DNA of 64,000 nucleotides, from NCBI GenBank assembly GCA_965153455.1, contig OZ234493.1:13382213-13446212 (forward strand), read 5' to 3'. The DNA comes from Sphagnum compactum (Eukaryota). The position numbers and the translations under genes are program-made. Every line of letters begins with the position of its first letter. Within the stretch, counting starts at the first letter, position 1. Below are positions 1-14,784 of the stretch, in pieces. Below the pieces are notes generated by a model. The model was not told where the DNA came from, searched no databases, and saw only the letters and a program-made list of their open reading frames with translations.

Positions 1-988
1 ATTTTATGATTATAGTGGATTGGTGTATGATTAGAATTAAATTGATGTCATGTTAATCTAATAAAAAAATCAATAATAAATTGGATATAATATAAATGTC
101 CTTTTAAATAATTTGACTCCTTGTTTTAACTGTAATTTTCATCTTAAAGGAATCAAAAGGAATGTATTAAACAATGTAATTGACTTCAATTTTCTTTCAT
201 GGATTAGTAATGCATACATTTATATTTGGCAATGTTCATATAATGCATTTGATTAAATAATATACGATATAATATTTTTTAAAGTTATAGAATCCATTTT
301 GAAAGGGCTACAAGGAAAATGATTCCTATTTTTTGCCATTTGGTTCATTTTTTTATTCATTAGGTTTAGAATTTGTGGCCCCAAGTGTTGACAACATGTG
401 TAGGATATTTTCATGTAAGAAAACATGTAAAGTTGCATATAAAAACTTGTTTATTCATTTTTGAAATTTATAGTTTTTTACAAAAATATTTATACATAAT
501 TACATATGCATGTGAAAAATCACCACCACCATGCAAATTATCATAATTTGAATTATCCAATATTTTCACTTAAACTTATTCCATAAAGATTCTATATTTG
601 GAAAATAGCAAAAGAAAAGTCTTTGAGTCATGTGTCCAAAAAGGGGTACCTTGATTGTGAATATGCTTTCAATAGTAGTGTTGTGTTTGTGCTTGAAGCT
701 TTTGCAAATTTTGCGAAAGCTCCATTGTATGTATTTCAATAAATTGCATTCATTTTCCAAATGCATTAAAGAACTTGATGTGATACAATGAACACTACTT
801 AGGACAATCATTTGCATTATTGGTGTGCAATAATCTAATTGATTGTTGCTTGAAGTTGTAAGATGATGGCAATGATACACATGAACTTCAAGTTGGTTTG
901 GTGATGGAGATGATACACAAGCACAAAGGACTGTTACATTGCATTAAGGTTTAGGATCAAGGATGGTGGGGATGTTTAGGTTGTCTCA

Positions 989-1268
989 ATTTGCGCGAAG
1001 GATGTTTGAAATTGATTCATGTTACATAGGGCCATCCAACGAAATGACATGTGATGGTCAATGTACCCTTCATCCCATGGATGCCATAGCAACCATTGTG
1101 TGTTACATGGGACATATTAAATAACATGATTTGCGTGAAGGATGTTTGAAATCGATGCATGTTACACAAGTCCATCCAATGAAATGACATGTGATGGTCA
1201 CTGTACCCTTCATCCCATGGATGCCATAACGACCATTGTGTGTTACATGAGACATATTAAGTAACATG
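989..1268. repeat. Tandem duplication, 2 x 140 bp
   Basis: ATTTGCGCGAAGGATGTTTGAAAT... at 989 recurs as ATTTGCGTGAAGGATGTTTGAAAT... at 1129; both copies end in ...ACATATTAA(A/G)TAACATG. Confidence 0.9.
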
Positions 1269-2399
1269 CCTATGTGGTAATTATGTGAACGAGGATGGGG
1301 GTTTTGGAGGGGAGGTCCATTATGGTGATGTCATGCTGTGGTGGTGGTACTTTTGTCTAACGCATTTACAATCTTAGGCCTGTTTAATATTGTTCGTAGA
1401 ATAGAACCCCAAAAAGATCTAGTATCCATCTATAAAATTTGCAAAATTATTTCCTACATTGTGGGTATTGTTTCCTTTGGAGGCGGCCTCTATGTATTTG
1501 CAAGTTTATTGTTGACCGGGGATGTCACCCATCCCCAAATTACTTTTATACTACGGTGTTTAAGATTAAGGGGGTAAACGATTGAATAATGAAGGCAAAT
1601 TTTAATGTTTAATGTATTAATTGTAGGTAGGGTAAAGCAAATATCCGGTGCTCAACTCATTGAATCAAGGATAAGGCAGAAGATTTGAATAACTATAACG
1701 ATTCTAAGGGACTTGTAAGAGCCCTCACTATTTTAGGAGGATTTCTAAAACCTACAATAAAATGCATATTTAGTACTTTAATGGATTCAGCACTAATTTA
1801 AACCATTTAAAATATTGACAATTAAGAAAAAAACATTGCACAAAATGTTGAAATTTTGGAATTTGGTGACAACAAAGTGATCAAAGCTTGTTCACCTTGA
1901 AATTGATGAAATCATAGTAAACTCCATTAAACAAAGCACCCAGCTATGTGGAAAGGAAGGACAAAGAGAGAGGACCCAAGTCCAAGTCAAAAACGCACAA
2001 ACCCAAAGGTAGTCAAAAGGGGCAAAGGAACAAATTATGTTCCACAACCCCCACCAGTTGCAAGAAGCATATCAGAGAAGGATAGAGAAGAGAAAACTGA
2101 AAGCATAACAAGCCTCGAAAAACCCTCATTTGCAATGATGACACACCTCAAAATAAAAGACAACTTTCACTCTTTTCAAAACTAGCGACACTCTCTGCCT
2201 GTAGAAAGCATATAAAACTGCCAAAGGAGGCCGATTGGTGCCCTTAACTAACCATACCATGCTCATGCATCCGTGAAATTAGGTCTATCATTCAATGCAA
2301 ATTAAAGTAACAAAACACTACTCACAATCATATTCATTACATTCAACTCTGGCAGGTGCTGGGCTTTGTTGTGACTTCTACCCGACACAGCAAACTGTG

Positions 2400-2511
2400 A
2401 AAATATGCCTGGCCAAAACCATTTTGCTGCACCAAACCAGTATATTTTCAGTTTACTTCATCTAATTTTCATTTGCCAGGTCGCATACTGAGCACTGGTG
2501 GAATTGCTCTG
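2400..2511 (+). mobile_element. Degenerate 3' end of the Tourist-like MITE family seen intact at 39114-39484
   Basis: GCCAAAACCATTTT...CTTCATC...CATACTGAGCACTGGTGGAATTGCTCT aligns by eye with the right end of the 39114 element (GCCAAAACCATTTT...CATACTAAGCACCGGTGGAGATGCTCT). Confidence 0.7.
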
Positions 2512-3591
2512 ACGAGTTTCACAGAATTGCTCTGACGTGTTATACATAATTATCACATGTTAACGCCAATTTTCTGATGATTGATATTGATATGCTCAAC
2601 TTGTTCTCATTCCCACATTTGCAGCTTCTGTTTGGCACAAAGTTGTACTCTTGTGCCCTACATAGCTATTTTAAGGAAAAATTACTATTACCCTAATTCG
2701 GGAGTGATAGAAATATGTATATCGTCTGGTGATAACCCAGGAAAAATAAATAGAACTTCAAAGTTCTTAAAGAACATTAGGATGCAGTTCACAAGTTTAA
2801 ATGACCAACCAGTGTTTCTGCTTTCCAACTCAACTCACATCATGTATTTCAAACCTTATTTCTAATGGACATAAAAGGAATGTCTTGAACCATTTCAAAA
2901 ACTTTCAAAAGAAGAAAAGCATGCTATAGTAGCCAGGAACCTGGATTGTTCATGAAGAGATGTTGCTGATGCCTGGTTTCATAAAATGATAGTCAAAACA
3001 CTCTAAACACCATGTGATCCATTGATATCTTCTGGGCAAGAGAAAGATTCACCTGCGATAGAACACCTGGTCTGCTCTCACATCCTTATGTTTTCTGACC
3101 ATTAATGTGCAATTTTTTTAACAGCAGCAATTAGAACTCAAGCTTTGAATACTGTAATACTTGTATATTGTGAGAGTACACTGGGGAAGCACAAGTCTGA
3201 CAAGTGATGTATGTTCAATTTAATAGCTCCAAAGATCTTGAAAAGGCAAGCTCACAAACTGTGATTCTGTCACATTGATGAAAGCGTAATTAATTAGGAA
3301 AAATCATAAGATTTTGAGCTCCACAATTAGAGGCTGCATGAGGTCAAGTCACCTTTGTGCTCATGACAAGGGAAATTGTCTTTAATTCCACACCAAGGAT
3401 GAAAAGAAATTAGAGAAATGGAAGAGAAAAGGCTGATAGAGAGGTCTTTCAACTCAACCAAACAACTTGCTCAAAGAGCAAAATACAAGACCAGAATAAC
3501 AGTGACAAACTACATGCCAAAGATCAACAAACTGGGCAAGCAGCAAAGGTTCATTAATAAATCTAGTCCTCCAACCTTTTCAGAGAAGATT

Positions 3592-4500
<909 letters not shown>

Positions 4501-4585
4501 GGTTACGGATGATTGCACACTAGCTCCAGACTATTCCTTCTTCGCTGCGTGCGATGGCCGCCACCCCTGCACCTTCTCCTCTAGC

Positions 4586-4799
4586 GCCGAGAGGGAAGCA
4601 ATAGTGTCGCTTTCATGTATTTATACGTTTCGACTGTATGTACCCATGCATGTCCATCCTCATCAGACCAAAGAGTTCTGGGATTCGTGGACCGGTAGAT
4701 TTTTCTTTGACGGCTACGATTTGTCCGTATTTTAGAAAACCCTAGTGCTACGATGTATGCATGTCATAAGCATGTTAGGGTTAGGGTTAGGGTTAGGGG
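4586..4799 (-). promoter_or_regulatory. RPS27a promoter: TATA box, pyrimidine-rich start region, telobox and (TTAGGG)4
   Basis: Minus-strand TATAAAT at 4625-4619 lies about 25 nt upstream of CTTCCCTCTC. AAACCCTA at ~4737-4744; TTAGGG x4 at ~4775-4798. Teloboxes are typical of plant ribosomal-protein promoters. Confidence 0.65.
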
Positions 4800-4825
4800 C
4801 TTTCTAATGGAAAGATGTCCTTAAA

Positions 4826-5313
4826 ATGATGTCAGTTTCAAATGAGCAGATACTTCTTGATGAGCTCGAGAATGTGAGAACCGAGATGGCAAAGATCGTG
4901 GAGAGTGAACGAGGGCCTGCTTCGGGAGACGCTGGAAAGGGAGAGTGCGTCCATCAGACGCCAAGCAATGGAAGTGTGTGCCAACAATGGAAGCGAGATG
5001 ATGATGAGCATGCTTAGTAAAGGTGACGTCCAAAAGCGTTTGCAAACTGAAAGAGACAAAAGTCCTGCTAATGACGGATGCACTCAAGCGAGAAATGGAG
5101 GGATTGAGATCGGAGCTCGGTGAAGCACGGGTGCGAAACCAAAGCTTCAATGCATTACCTTCAACTCTTGTTCACAGATCAATGCAGAATAGACGACCTT
5201 GGATAGAGTAAAACCTAAAGCTTGAATGTGTGGTGTCGCAGGAAGGTGCAAAGGATCTGGCGCGTGCTGTGTCGATGGTGGAACGAGAGAAAGAAGAGGC
5301 CGCTGCGTCAAAG
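4826..5313 (+). pseudogene. Frameshifted fragment of a coiled-coil protein gene, divergent from RPS27a and truncated by the adjacent foldback-like element
   Basis: Heptad-like E/K/R-rich peptides continue across three frames (ILLDELENVRTEMAKIVESER / LLRETLERESASIRRQAME / LKREMEGLRSELGEAR). A further exon-like piece follows GTCGCAG (EGAKDLARAVSMVEREKEEAAASK) and ends at 5313, where the A-rich repeat begins. Confidence 0.55.
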
Positions 5314-8300
5314 GTAAACAAAAGTAACAAAAAACTTACAAATATTTAAAAAATAACAAAAGGTGAAACCCCCCCCCCCCCCCACACACACAAATAGTTG
5401 GACAACTCACATTTAATAGATTGTCCACATTTTTTTAAACACACAAACCCTTTTTCTTTACCCCACATTCCTTCGAAACAAAAATCTCCCCAACCCCCTC
5501 ACCCAAATAATTGGACAATTAACATTTAATGGATTGTCCACATTTTTTAACAGGTAATTACACCCAAATAATTGGACGATTAACATTTAATGGATTGTCC
5601 ACACTTTTTAAAAGGTAATTACACTCAAATAATTGGATGGTCCATATTTAATGGATTTATCCACACTTTTTAAAAGGTAACTAAATCCACAATGACCAGG
5701 TCATCTGTAAAAAGTAAATTAAAATTACAAACAATGAAAAAAATTACAAAAAATGAAAAAAAGTTTAGAATAACTCCCTACCACTTCACTCAAACTATCT
5801 GTCGTTACATTGGGTCTTTTGGATCAAAATTGTCAACTACCTCCATCCCTACGAGTGTAATGGTAAAATCATATGTATAGGGAAAATTAAACACACCATG
5901 ACAATCAGAAACCTCGAAAATGGGGGTAGGTCACTTCAAAATCCCAAAATAAAAAAATGAAATTAAATTGTAACACCCATGTAACCTTAAACCTTAAAAT
6001 CTGTTTTTTTTATAAACTAAATACACCATAATAATCAGAACCTTCAAAAATTGGGGGGTAGGTCACCTTAGAATCTCAAAATAAAAAGTGAAATTAGGTT
6101 GTAACACCAATGTAACCCTAAACTTTAAACCTGGGCCAATTATTATGCGCATGATGCATACCAGATTGTGCAAGTTGCAGGATTTAATGGAACGTTGGAA
6201 ATTGATAACATATGATATGCTTAGTAATCGCTCTTCAAACATCAGGGTTGAGATTATTGTTCATACAAAGATGGTGATTAATGGATGTCGACTTTGTAAT
6301 GAATTGGATTTATTATGGATTGGAAGCCTAAAAAACGCATTAGGTGGGCTTTTTGGTATTAGGTCATGTGCCTTGGACAAGTTTTTATATTGGTGTTGCT
6401 TCTACATATCAACATTTGCATCATAGGTTCATGGAAGAGATGAGTATGCATCATTTATTCATGTACAAAATGCTTACATTTTTGTTCGCCAAATTATTGT
6501 GTGGATTGGCAAATTCATGGAGTGTTAATTGTAGCAAGTCTATGATTGGTTTGAAGTTATAACTAAAGTTATAACATGGTAGTTGGTGGATAGGGAACTA
6601 TAAAAGTTTGAATATGATGGTTGGAAATTAGATTTACCTCAAGGTTAACCATTGATTCAGAATTTTTTAAAGCATGCCAAGTGGTTTTATTTAATATAGT
6701 TAGAGACCGTATTATTCTACGGTTGATGTTGATGAAGGCCAATGGTCATGGGTATTTGCTAAATAAGCGGATTTATGACAATCGTGTAAGTGTTGTTCAT
6801 CACTATATTCGTTTATATGGGGCTAATTAGAGAGATCATGTACATTCCATTGAATAAATTTATTTTTCAAACATTATTTTTATTTGAGTTTAAGAAATAA
6901 TTTTAGTTACTAAACTACAAAAAAAAACCAAAAAAATAAAATAAAATTATAAACAATAAAGAAATAACAAAAGTGAAAAATGTTTTAAAAAATTGCCTAC
7001 CACTGCACTTAAACTACCTACCATTACACTGGGCTTTTTGGGGTCAAAATTGCCTATTGCCTGCGGCCCTATGACTCTAATAACAATATCATATGTATAA
7101 GGGGTACGTCACCTCCAAACTTTGAAATTTTATTAAAAAAAAAAAAATCAACCATAAATTCCAAAGCCAAATCATCCAAATATTCCAAATGGTGAACAAT
7201 TAAGGAAAGTAAACACACCATGACAATCAGAACCCTCAAAAATGAGGGGGGGGGTACATCATTTTAAAATTCCAAAATAAAAAATGAAATTAGGTTGTGA
7301 CACTTATGTAACCCAAGATCCCAAAAAAATTATATATTCCAAATCATACACTTTCAAATAAAAATAAACATACCATTAAAATCACAACTTTCAAAAATAG
7401 GGGGTTCTTCACCTCCAAATTGTGAAATTCTATAAATTTTTAAAAAAATCAACGATCAACTCCAAAATCAAACTTTCCATATCTTCTAAACGGTGAACAA
7501 TTAGAAAAAAATAAACACACTATGATTGAACCTTTTGAAAATGGGGGGTAAGTCACCTCAGAAGTCCTAAATTAAAAATTGAAATTAGATTTGGAACATC
7601 CATGTAACTTTTAACCTTACAAAAAAGTAACAAAAAATGAAAAAATAAAACCCACAGCCCTTTCCCCCTTCAAAAGTAAAAACAAATAATAAAAAATTTA
7701 AAAAAATTCATGCCCCTTTCCCTTTTCAAGAGTAAATAAAAGTAACAAAAAATTTACAAATAATAAAAAAATAACAAAAAGTGAAAAAATAAAACCCATG
7801 CCTCCTCCCCTTTCGAAAGTAAAAATAAATAACAAAAAATGAAAAAAACCCATGCCCGTTTCCTTCCTCGAGAGTAAACAAAAGTAACAAAATTTTTAGA
7901 AATAGTAAAAAAAGTAACAAAAAATGAAAAAATAAAACTTGCACCCCCCTCCCCTTTCAGGAGTATAAATAAATAACGAAAAATGAAAAAAAACCCATGC
8001 CCTTTTCCCTCTTTAAGAATAAACAAAAAAAAAAAAACTTATAAATAATTTTAAAATAACAAAAAATGAAAAAAATTCATGCCCTTTTTCCCTCATCAAG
8101 AATAAACAAAAATAACCAAAAAAATTACAAATAGTAAAAAGGTAATAAAAAGTGAAAAATAAAAACCCACGCCCTTTCCCCCTTCAAGAGTAAAAATAAA
8201 TAACAAAAAATGAAAAAGAACCTATGCCCCTTTCCCTCTTCAAGAATAAACAAAAGTAATAAAAAATTTACAAATAACAAAAAAGTAATAAAAAGTGAAA

Positions 8301-9321
8301 AATAAAAACCCACGCCCCTTTCCCTTGCAAGAGTAAAAAAATTAACAAAAAATTAAAAAACCCATGCCCCTTTCCTTCATCAAGAATAAACAAAAGTAAT
8401 AATAAACTTACAAATAGTAAAAAAATAACAAAAAGTGAAAAATGAAAACACACACCTCCTTCCCCCTTCAAGAGTAAAAAAAAAACAAAAAACTTACAAA
8501 TAGTAACAAAGTAATAAAAAATACAAAAAAAGAACTTGGAAATGTTCACAACTGGAATTTTTGTTTTAAATGCACACAAGTGCAACATGAATACATCATA
8601 TGCAAAAAGACAAACCAAAATGTGAACAATGGAATGTGCATCATGTGTAAAAAATGGAAAGAATGAAAGAAATTTCAAATGAAAAGCATGAAAAAAATTT
8701 AAACGAAAAAAACAAAAACCAAAAGCATGAAAAAATACCTCACTACATTATGTATGAAGTTCCAACATGTTTCACCCCCACAAAAGGGGATCATTAGTGG
8801 AGTGCTTCCAAATGAATACAATGAGAGGTATTTATACCCAATAATGTCATGCTTTTGGAGGAAAGAGGGATGGGGAGCAACAAGGAGTATCCTATACATA
8901 TGATCTTGCCATTACACTCATAGGGATGTAAGCAGTAGGCAATTTTGACCCAAAACACTTAATGTAATTACAAGTAGTTTGAATGTAATGATAGGCAATT
9001 TTGTAAACCTTTTTCATTTTTTGTTACTTTTTTTACTGTTTGTAATATTGTTTTATTCTTTACATATGACTTGGTCATTGTGGGTGTAGTTCCTTTTTAA
9101 AAAAATATGAACAATCCATTAAATGTGGATTGTCTAATTATTTGGGTGCGAGGGGCTGTGGGCTAGGAAGATTTTTGTTTTATTTTTTGTTTTGAAGGAA
9201 AGGGGGGAACAAAAAGGAAGAATGTGTTAAAAAAAATGTGAACGCTTCATTAAATGTGGATTGTCCAACTATTTGTGTGGTGGGGGGGGGGAGAGGGGGC
9301 ATGGGTTTTATTTTTTTCATT
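5314..9321. mobile_element. ~4-kb foldback-like (long-TIR, MULE/FB-type) non-autonomous element
   Basis: Left arm 5314-5882 and right arm 8890-9321 are imperfect inverted copies. For example CCACACAAATAGTTGGACAA (~5385) vs TTGTCCAACTATTTGTGTGG (~9261), and ACAATGACCAGGTCATCTGTAAA...TAATGGTAAAATCATATGTATAGG vs CCTATACATATGATCTTGCCATTA...TTTACATATGACTTGGTCATTGT. An internal direct copy of arm sequence lies at ~6950-7100. Confidence 0.75.
7620..8525. repeat. A-rich tandem array of ~60-bp subunits (higher-order ~120-bp unit) inside the foldback-like element
   Basis: Repeated AAAAAATGAAAAAATAAAACCCATGCCCCTTTCCCCTTCAAGAGTAAA motif. It explains the spurious F/L-rich ORFs on the minus strand. Confidence 0.9.
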
Positions 9322-11149
9322 CATCAAATGATTCAACATGCACATTAATGTGTGCCATGATTTTTTAAGTGAATCATCATATTTAAATCATTTACATTAA
9401 TTGAATGATGACTAGTCCATAACAATTCATCATAAATCACATATAAGCCATCATTAAATTCATATTAACATAATAAGTTACATGTTTTAAACCTTTAAGT
9501 AATTACATTATTATCAATTACTTTTTATTTATATCAAAGTATAACAACGTGCCCAAAGGTGCACACAAGTTCCAATAGTTACTGATTTATTTGATGTTCA
9601 AATGCAAATGAAACTTGGACACATTAATCTCATAACCTTGTTTTTTTCAACTTTTAAAACAACTTCTATTATTGGTTGAATTTTTTTTCATCAATTTAAG
9701 AAATATTTTATCATTTTTAAAGATTATTACTTCTAATTGGGTTTAATCAATATAAGACATTAAAAAAAAATGTTATTTGATGAAAACGATAACTTGCAAA
9801 ACATTAAACTTTGAAAGAACGAATAATCATTCCCATTACATTTCTAAACAATAAAAATGGTCCTATGGGTGATTAATTTGATTTCACCAATAATGAAACA
9901 TTTGTGAATCTTTTAACATACCAAGTTTGAATGATAATCATATTTCAATATCATTGATTTGATTATGTATAATATAAAGATAAAATCAAAGTTTTAGTTA
10001 TATTTTAAGTTTGATGTCCATCCTAATGGTTGAGATGTTAAATATTTTGTAATTAAAATGTGTGTGAATCAAATCTGTTTAAGACGACCATACTTCTTTT
10101 AAAACAAAAAAAAATGTTAAGTTATAATATTAGAAGGATTAGTTGTTAATTGAAATAAAAGGATATGTAAAACTTGATGAACATCAATTCGAAAATCATA
10201 TGGAATGTGATGGTATGAATGGAACAAGTTAAACACAAATGGAAAACATGAATGATGTCTATAGATGCAATCTATGTCCATGTTGACCTCTACTTATTAT
10301 GAAAGAGGAAAACATGAAAACATGGTAAAGTTAAAGGTAACATTGCCCTTGAAGTACATCATTGCTTATGAATGGTGCATGAAAGTTGGTAAAATGTTAA
10401 ACCCCCTTGCACTAAATAGACGATCGCAAGAAAGGCAAAAAAACGCAGGGTTGCGAAGGAGAAGATCGTATGACAAATATTGGAAAAGCTTCTAATCAAT
10501 ATGGTGGGCAAAACGAAAAAAAGGTTGATGAACTAAAAGAGAATGAGGGGACTAGCCGAATTAAATTTGGAAGGATAGGAATGATGGGTGGATGGATGTA
10601 AGCTAATGCACAGCTAGGCATAGGGGTAAAACTAATTATTGGCTTTCCATTGGTTACCTGTTGGGAGGGTTGAGATGCTTGGTGATGCTTTGGGGATACA
10701 TAACCCATAAGATTTACCATGCCTATCTTCAACCTAACATATTTGGTTCAAATTCGAGATAATAAATTTTGATTTGGAAAACTTCCACTTGAAAAACCCT
10801 TTTAATCCCCCCCCTCAAACCTTAAAAATATTGCCCTAGAAAAAGATTACTTACAAACAAAGCAAAAAAATTAGAAGAGGACATATGGAAACAAACTCAC
10901 AAAAACCCAAAGAATGAGTGAAAATAACAAATGAACCCAGCTGCAGATTTGCCACTATTCGTGTGTGCGTGTGTGCCCTTGTTCAAGGGCCTTGCTCACC
11001 TACTTTACTTTGCCCTTGTTCCGCTTTGCCTCACCCTACCTTAGCTTGTCTGCTCTGCTTTGCCCTTGCCCCACTTTGTTTTGCCCTACCTTGCTTTATA
11101 TGAAAAATCTTGTACACCCATAAAAAAAGTGAGTTCTTTAAAATGATAA

Positions 11150-12700
11150 TTAACCATTTTTTTTGTTACAATAATTAAAAAAATAAACTTGGGTTCTTAA
11201 GGATAGCTGCCACAATTTGGTCCATTTGTAACAACTATGAATGGGTGATTCTTCATATGAATATCTGTTGCTCTCTGTTTATGAACAATTGAAGGTTTCC
11301 AAACAAAGGTTGTCATAACATTTTATCAAGACCCCAAGGTTTCAATTTTCTCAAGCCTCCCCTAATATTTGCCCCAAGCCCCCAAAATCCTTGTCCAGTA
11401 AGGAAAATGGGGTTTGTAAAACTTTGGCACTGTAAAAACCAATTATTGTCAACTTGTATTATGGAGTGCCTATGTATACGAGGTTGGGTTTACTAAGTTC
11501 TGTGTTGTATTTGGCCATGATTCGTCACTTGGTGTTAAACTCCAGACCAACAACTTGGCTACAAAGGCTTTAGATTGGGCCTTTGAGTCTGTTATGCCCA
11601 GCCCTCCATGAGCATCTTCACTTTACTTTAGCCTTTTTCATTTCAATGCCATCTCCCCAAAGTAGTTTTTTATCACTCCCCAAAGTGCACACATTTTGGG
11701 ATTGGGGTTTTAGCAAGCAATGAGATAAGGCATAGAAGCCAACATAACTTGGTTAGCCATTATAACCTTGCTAACAAAATATGCCTTCCTATTATCCTAG
11801 ACAACGAGTTTAATTTTTTTGGAGGACGTCAATTTGTCAAAATTAGCTTGAAATAGAGGTAGAAGTCCACCAAGACCTTTAGGTATTTAGCTCCTTTCCC
11901 CTATGGAATCCAATTTAAGCCCACGTCTAAGCCTTGGTCCCAAGTTTGTAGTTGTTTGGTTGCTTAGATGGCAACAAATTTTCTTGAGTTAATTTTTAAT
12001 CTAGAAGTGGAACAAAAAACATCTAAGACAACCTTGAATTTATCTATGTTTTCAATATAGCACTTAAGTAAGGTAGATAGTTGTGTCATTAGCAAAGGAT
12101 TGGTCCCTAAAAATCCCTCCCCCTCCCCTTGAAAAAGATAACCCTCAATGTCATATTTTTTTATTATACCCATGACATTTATCAATGAGAATGAAAAGGT
12201 AAAGAACGAAAGGGCAACCATAGCGACTACAAGTATGGTGACTAGGGAGATTTGGGTTCAACGTGTATAAGTTGATCAATAATGCATTGAAATTATTGCA
12301 AGTTTGATTTTGGAGTTGGAGAAACATGTTCCCACACAAGAGTAAGCAAAATGCTACTAGGGCAATTTAACTTTAGTATCAGCTTTTTTCAAAAGCTGAA
12401 ACTACTTTTCCAAGGCATATGGCCATTTTAGAAGCACATTTTGGGCCCAGATCTCCATTGGCAATTCTAGTATGTTGGTTGGGTCATTGATAAAACCTTG
12501 TTGTGTTCGACCAGCAATCCCTTTTTTACAAATTGATGACACAAAAATCGTTGCCTCCACATGATTGCACATGATTATGGGCAAGACTTGAAACTATTGG
12601 GATTTAAAACCACCAATTATGCAAGTGTTTTAAAATAGTCAACATTTACACTGTTATGGTGTTGGGTATTGTGAAAGACAAACATACCTTTTCCAACCTT
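11150..12700 (-). mobile_element. Degenerate L1-type LINE ORF2 (reverse transcriptase) remnant
   Basis: The minus strand gives FEKADTKV (cf. DFEKAYD), RYGCPFVLYLFIL (cf. RQGCPLSPYLF), FANDTTIYL (cf. FADDT) and LDVFCSTSRLKIN (cf. LxxFxxxSGLKIN), in the correct order, with stops and frameshifts. Confidence 0.85.
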
Positions 12701-14784
12701 CACGAAGGAAATGTTCCATAATGAATTTGGACCTTGTTGTGCATATGGGAGCTCTAACTGGCCCTGCTTGTCAATGGTGGTGATGTGGAGTTACACTTGG
12801 AGTAAGTTCAGCTCGGGTTTCATTTTTGTTTGGACATGTATGTTTTATGTGTTCTCCAATTGAGTATTGGGTGCAGGACAAACTTGAGCTCCAATGGGTA
12901 GCAGCCTTATGGGGTTAGGGTTCGAATCCCCTTCAAGCTATATATTCAGGTTTAAGTGTCTCTATGAGTTTTAGATTGAACATTTCCAATTTTGAAGCTT
13001 CCAATTAGGATTTTCCAAGTCCATTTGATCAAAGGGGTTCAAATTTGGATGGGCTTCAATTTGTTGGCAACACTTTCTAGGCCTTTGCAGAGTTTTGTAC
13101 TGGTGTGGGATTGGAGTGAGTGAGAAAGAAATTAAGTGAATGTGCATTTAATTACAAGGCTTGATGTCCACCCTTTAGTTCATGAGTTAGGTATCTGTTG
13201 AACCTTGCTTGTGTTTGTTTTCTGTTGTGATCTATGGTTATAACTAGAATCGGGTTGCATCTTGAAGTTGTAGTTTCAATGCTCTAGTTACCCTACGTTA
13301 TTTTTTCCAACATTTGGTTGCATTGGTTGCCTATCTTCAAAATCAGTGGCAATTGGTGAGCTGGAGTCAAGGAACCTTTTCTGGTTGACAAGGTTTTATG
13401 GTTTGTTTGCACTGTGCAGGTTTGTGGAATTGAAACCCATATACTGGAACATAATGTTTTGGGTTGCACTCTTCTGGAGACTCTGTTTAGTGTATAAAAT
13501 GCAAATTGTTGACTTATTTTCAACATTGCAACTTTTAATACCAAGTTTGTTTGGTAGGTTTTATGGACAGGCAATTGCTTCACAGATTGTCCGGAGGGTT
13601 GCTAAGTTCATATGATCTAACTGGTGGAGTATAAGGTAGAGCATATGTTTCTGCATAAGGCAAAGCAAGAGCAGAATGACCAATGCCTGCTTGGGATAGC
13701 CCTTTTGGTAACCCCTATAATAAAATCAACATGCAATCAAGGCACACCAGCCAGCAACCCTGGCTGGGCTGGGGTACTGTTGGACTCAAGGCCATATATG
13801 TATGTACGTGATCTGTCTTGTGAAATGCAGTTCCATTTCCTTTCATCAACTGTTACTTGCTTCTTTACAAGTATCAGTTCTTTTGCTGGATTTCTTGCAA
13901 TCCACAAGAGAACCAATTCTGGTCGGACAACAATACACTTTTGAATATACGTTGCTAGTTTGCTTTGACACATTGACTACTAGTTACAGATTTCCGCTTG
14001 GGGAAGTCATGACTGCTTATTTCTTCCACACTTATGTAGTCCTCAAGCACATTAATGGATTTAGGAACTAAACTGCTTGGGGAAAAATAACCTCACCTGG
14101 TACTTTCTTGCATGATAATGTAGATGGCTGAACTTCAATGCTTTGCCCCTGGCATGTTTTGCCCTTGGCATGATGACACTTTGCACACAAGGTGCGTCAC
14201 CTGGAAAAGCCAGTAAATACTTGGAGCCTACAAAAGAGGTAGCACTCACTGTAATACCCTTATGCTGCACTTGTAGGTCTAAGAACATTTGTCACTTTAA
14301 TTTTGGGAAATGTCATTGCTTGGGTTCAAGATCAAATTGCAAAGTTTCACCTTCAAACAAAGACAACAGAAGTAAGATCCTGAGCTGTGATTTTTTTTTT
14401 AATTGCATTGCTTGTTGAAATTTGATGCAGCTAGCTTGGACATGTTTTCTTTTCAATTGGTTTTCATTTTGGATGCTACAAAAATTGCATTGAATTATGG
14501 CTGGGTAATAGTTGGAGGAGCGCATTCTTTGTTGATTGGTCTCTTGTTTTTCCAGTTGATTGTTTTGACTCTAGGGTTTGTTCCAATTTTTTTGGATCTC
14601 CTAACTGTTTACCAAATAGACTTTACATAAATCAACGAAGCATAACCAGAAAAGCTGAAGGGATCCAAGTGGAATAAGGCTTATGTCTTTGCAGATTATC
14701 TGTTACTGAAGTTTCAACAGGTTGAAAGGGGCATTTCTCATTAGCCACTTGATCTGAGGTACTGAAATTGGTGTGGATGCAAAA

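Noticed and set aside
1338-1577. 79-aa ORF ending LRCLRLRG, resembling a ubiquitin C-terminus
   Set aside because: GTG start, no ubiquitin-like sequence upstream and no terminal GG; coincidental.
7726-8678. Hydrophobic F/L-rich minus-strand ORFs resembling membrane proteins
   Set aside because: Translation of an A-rich tandem array.
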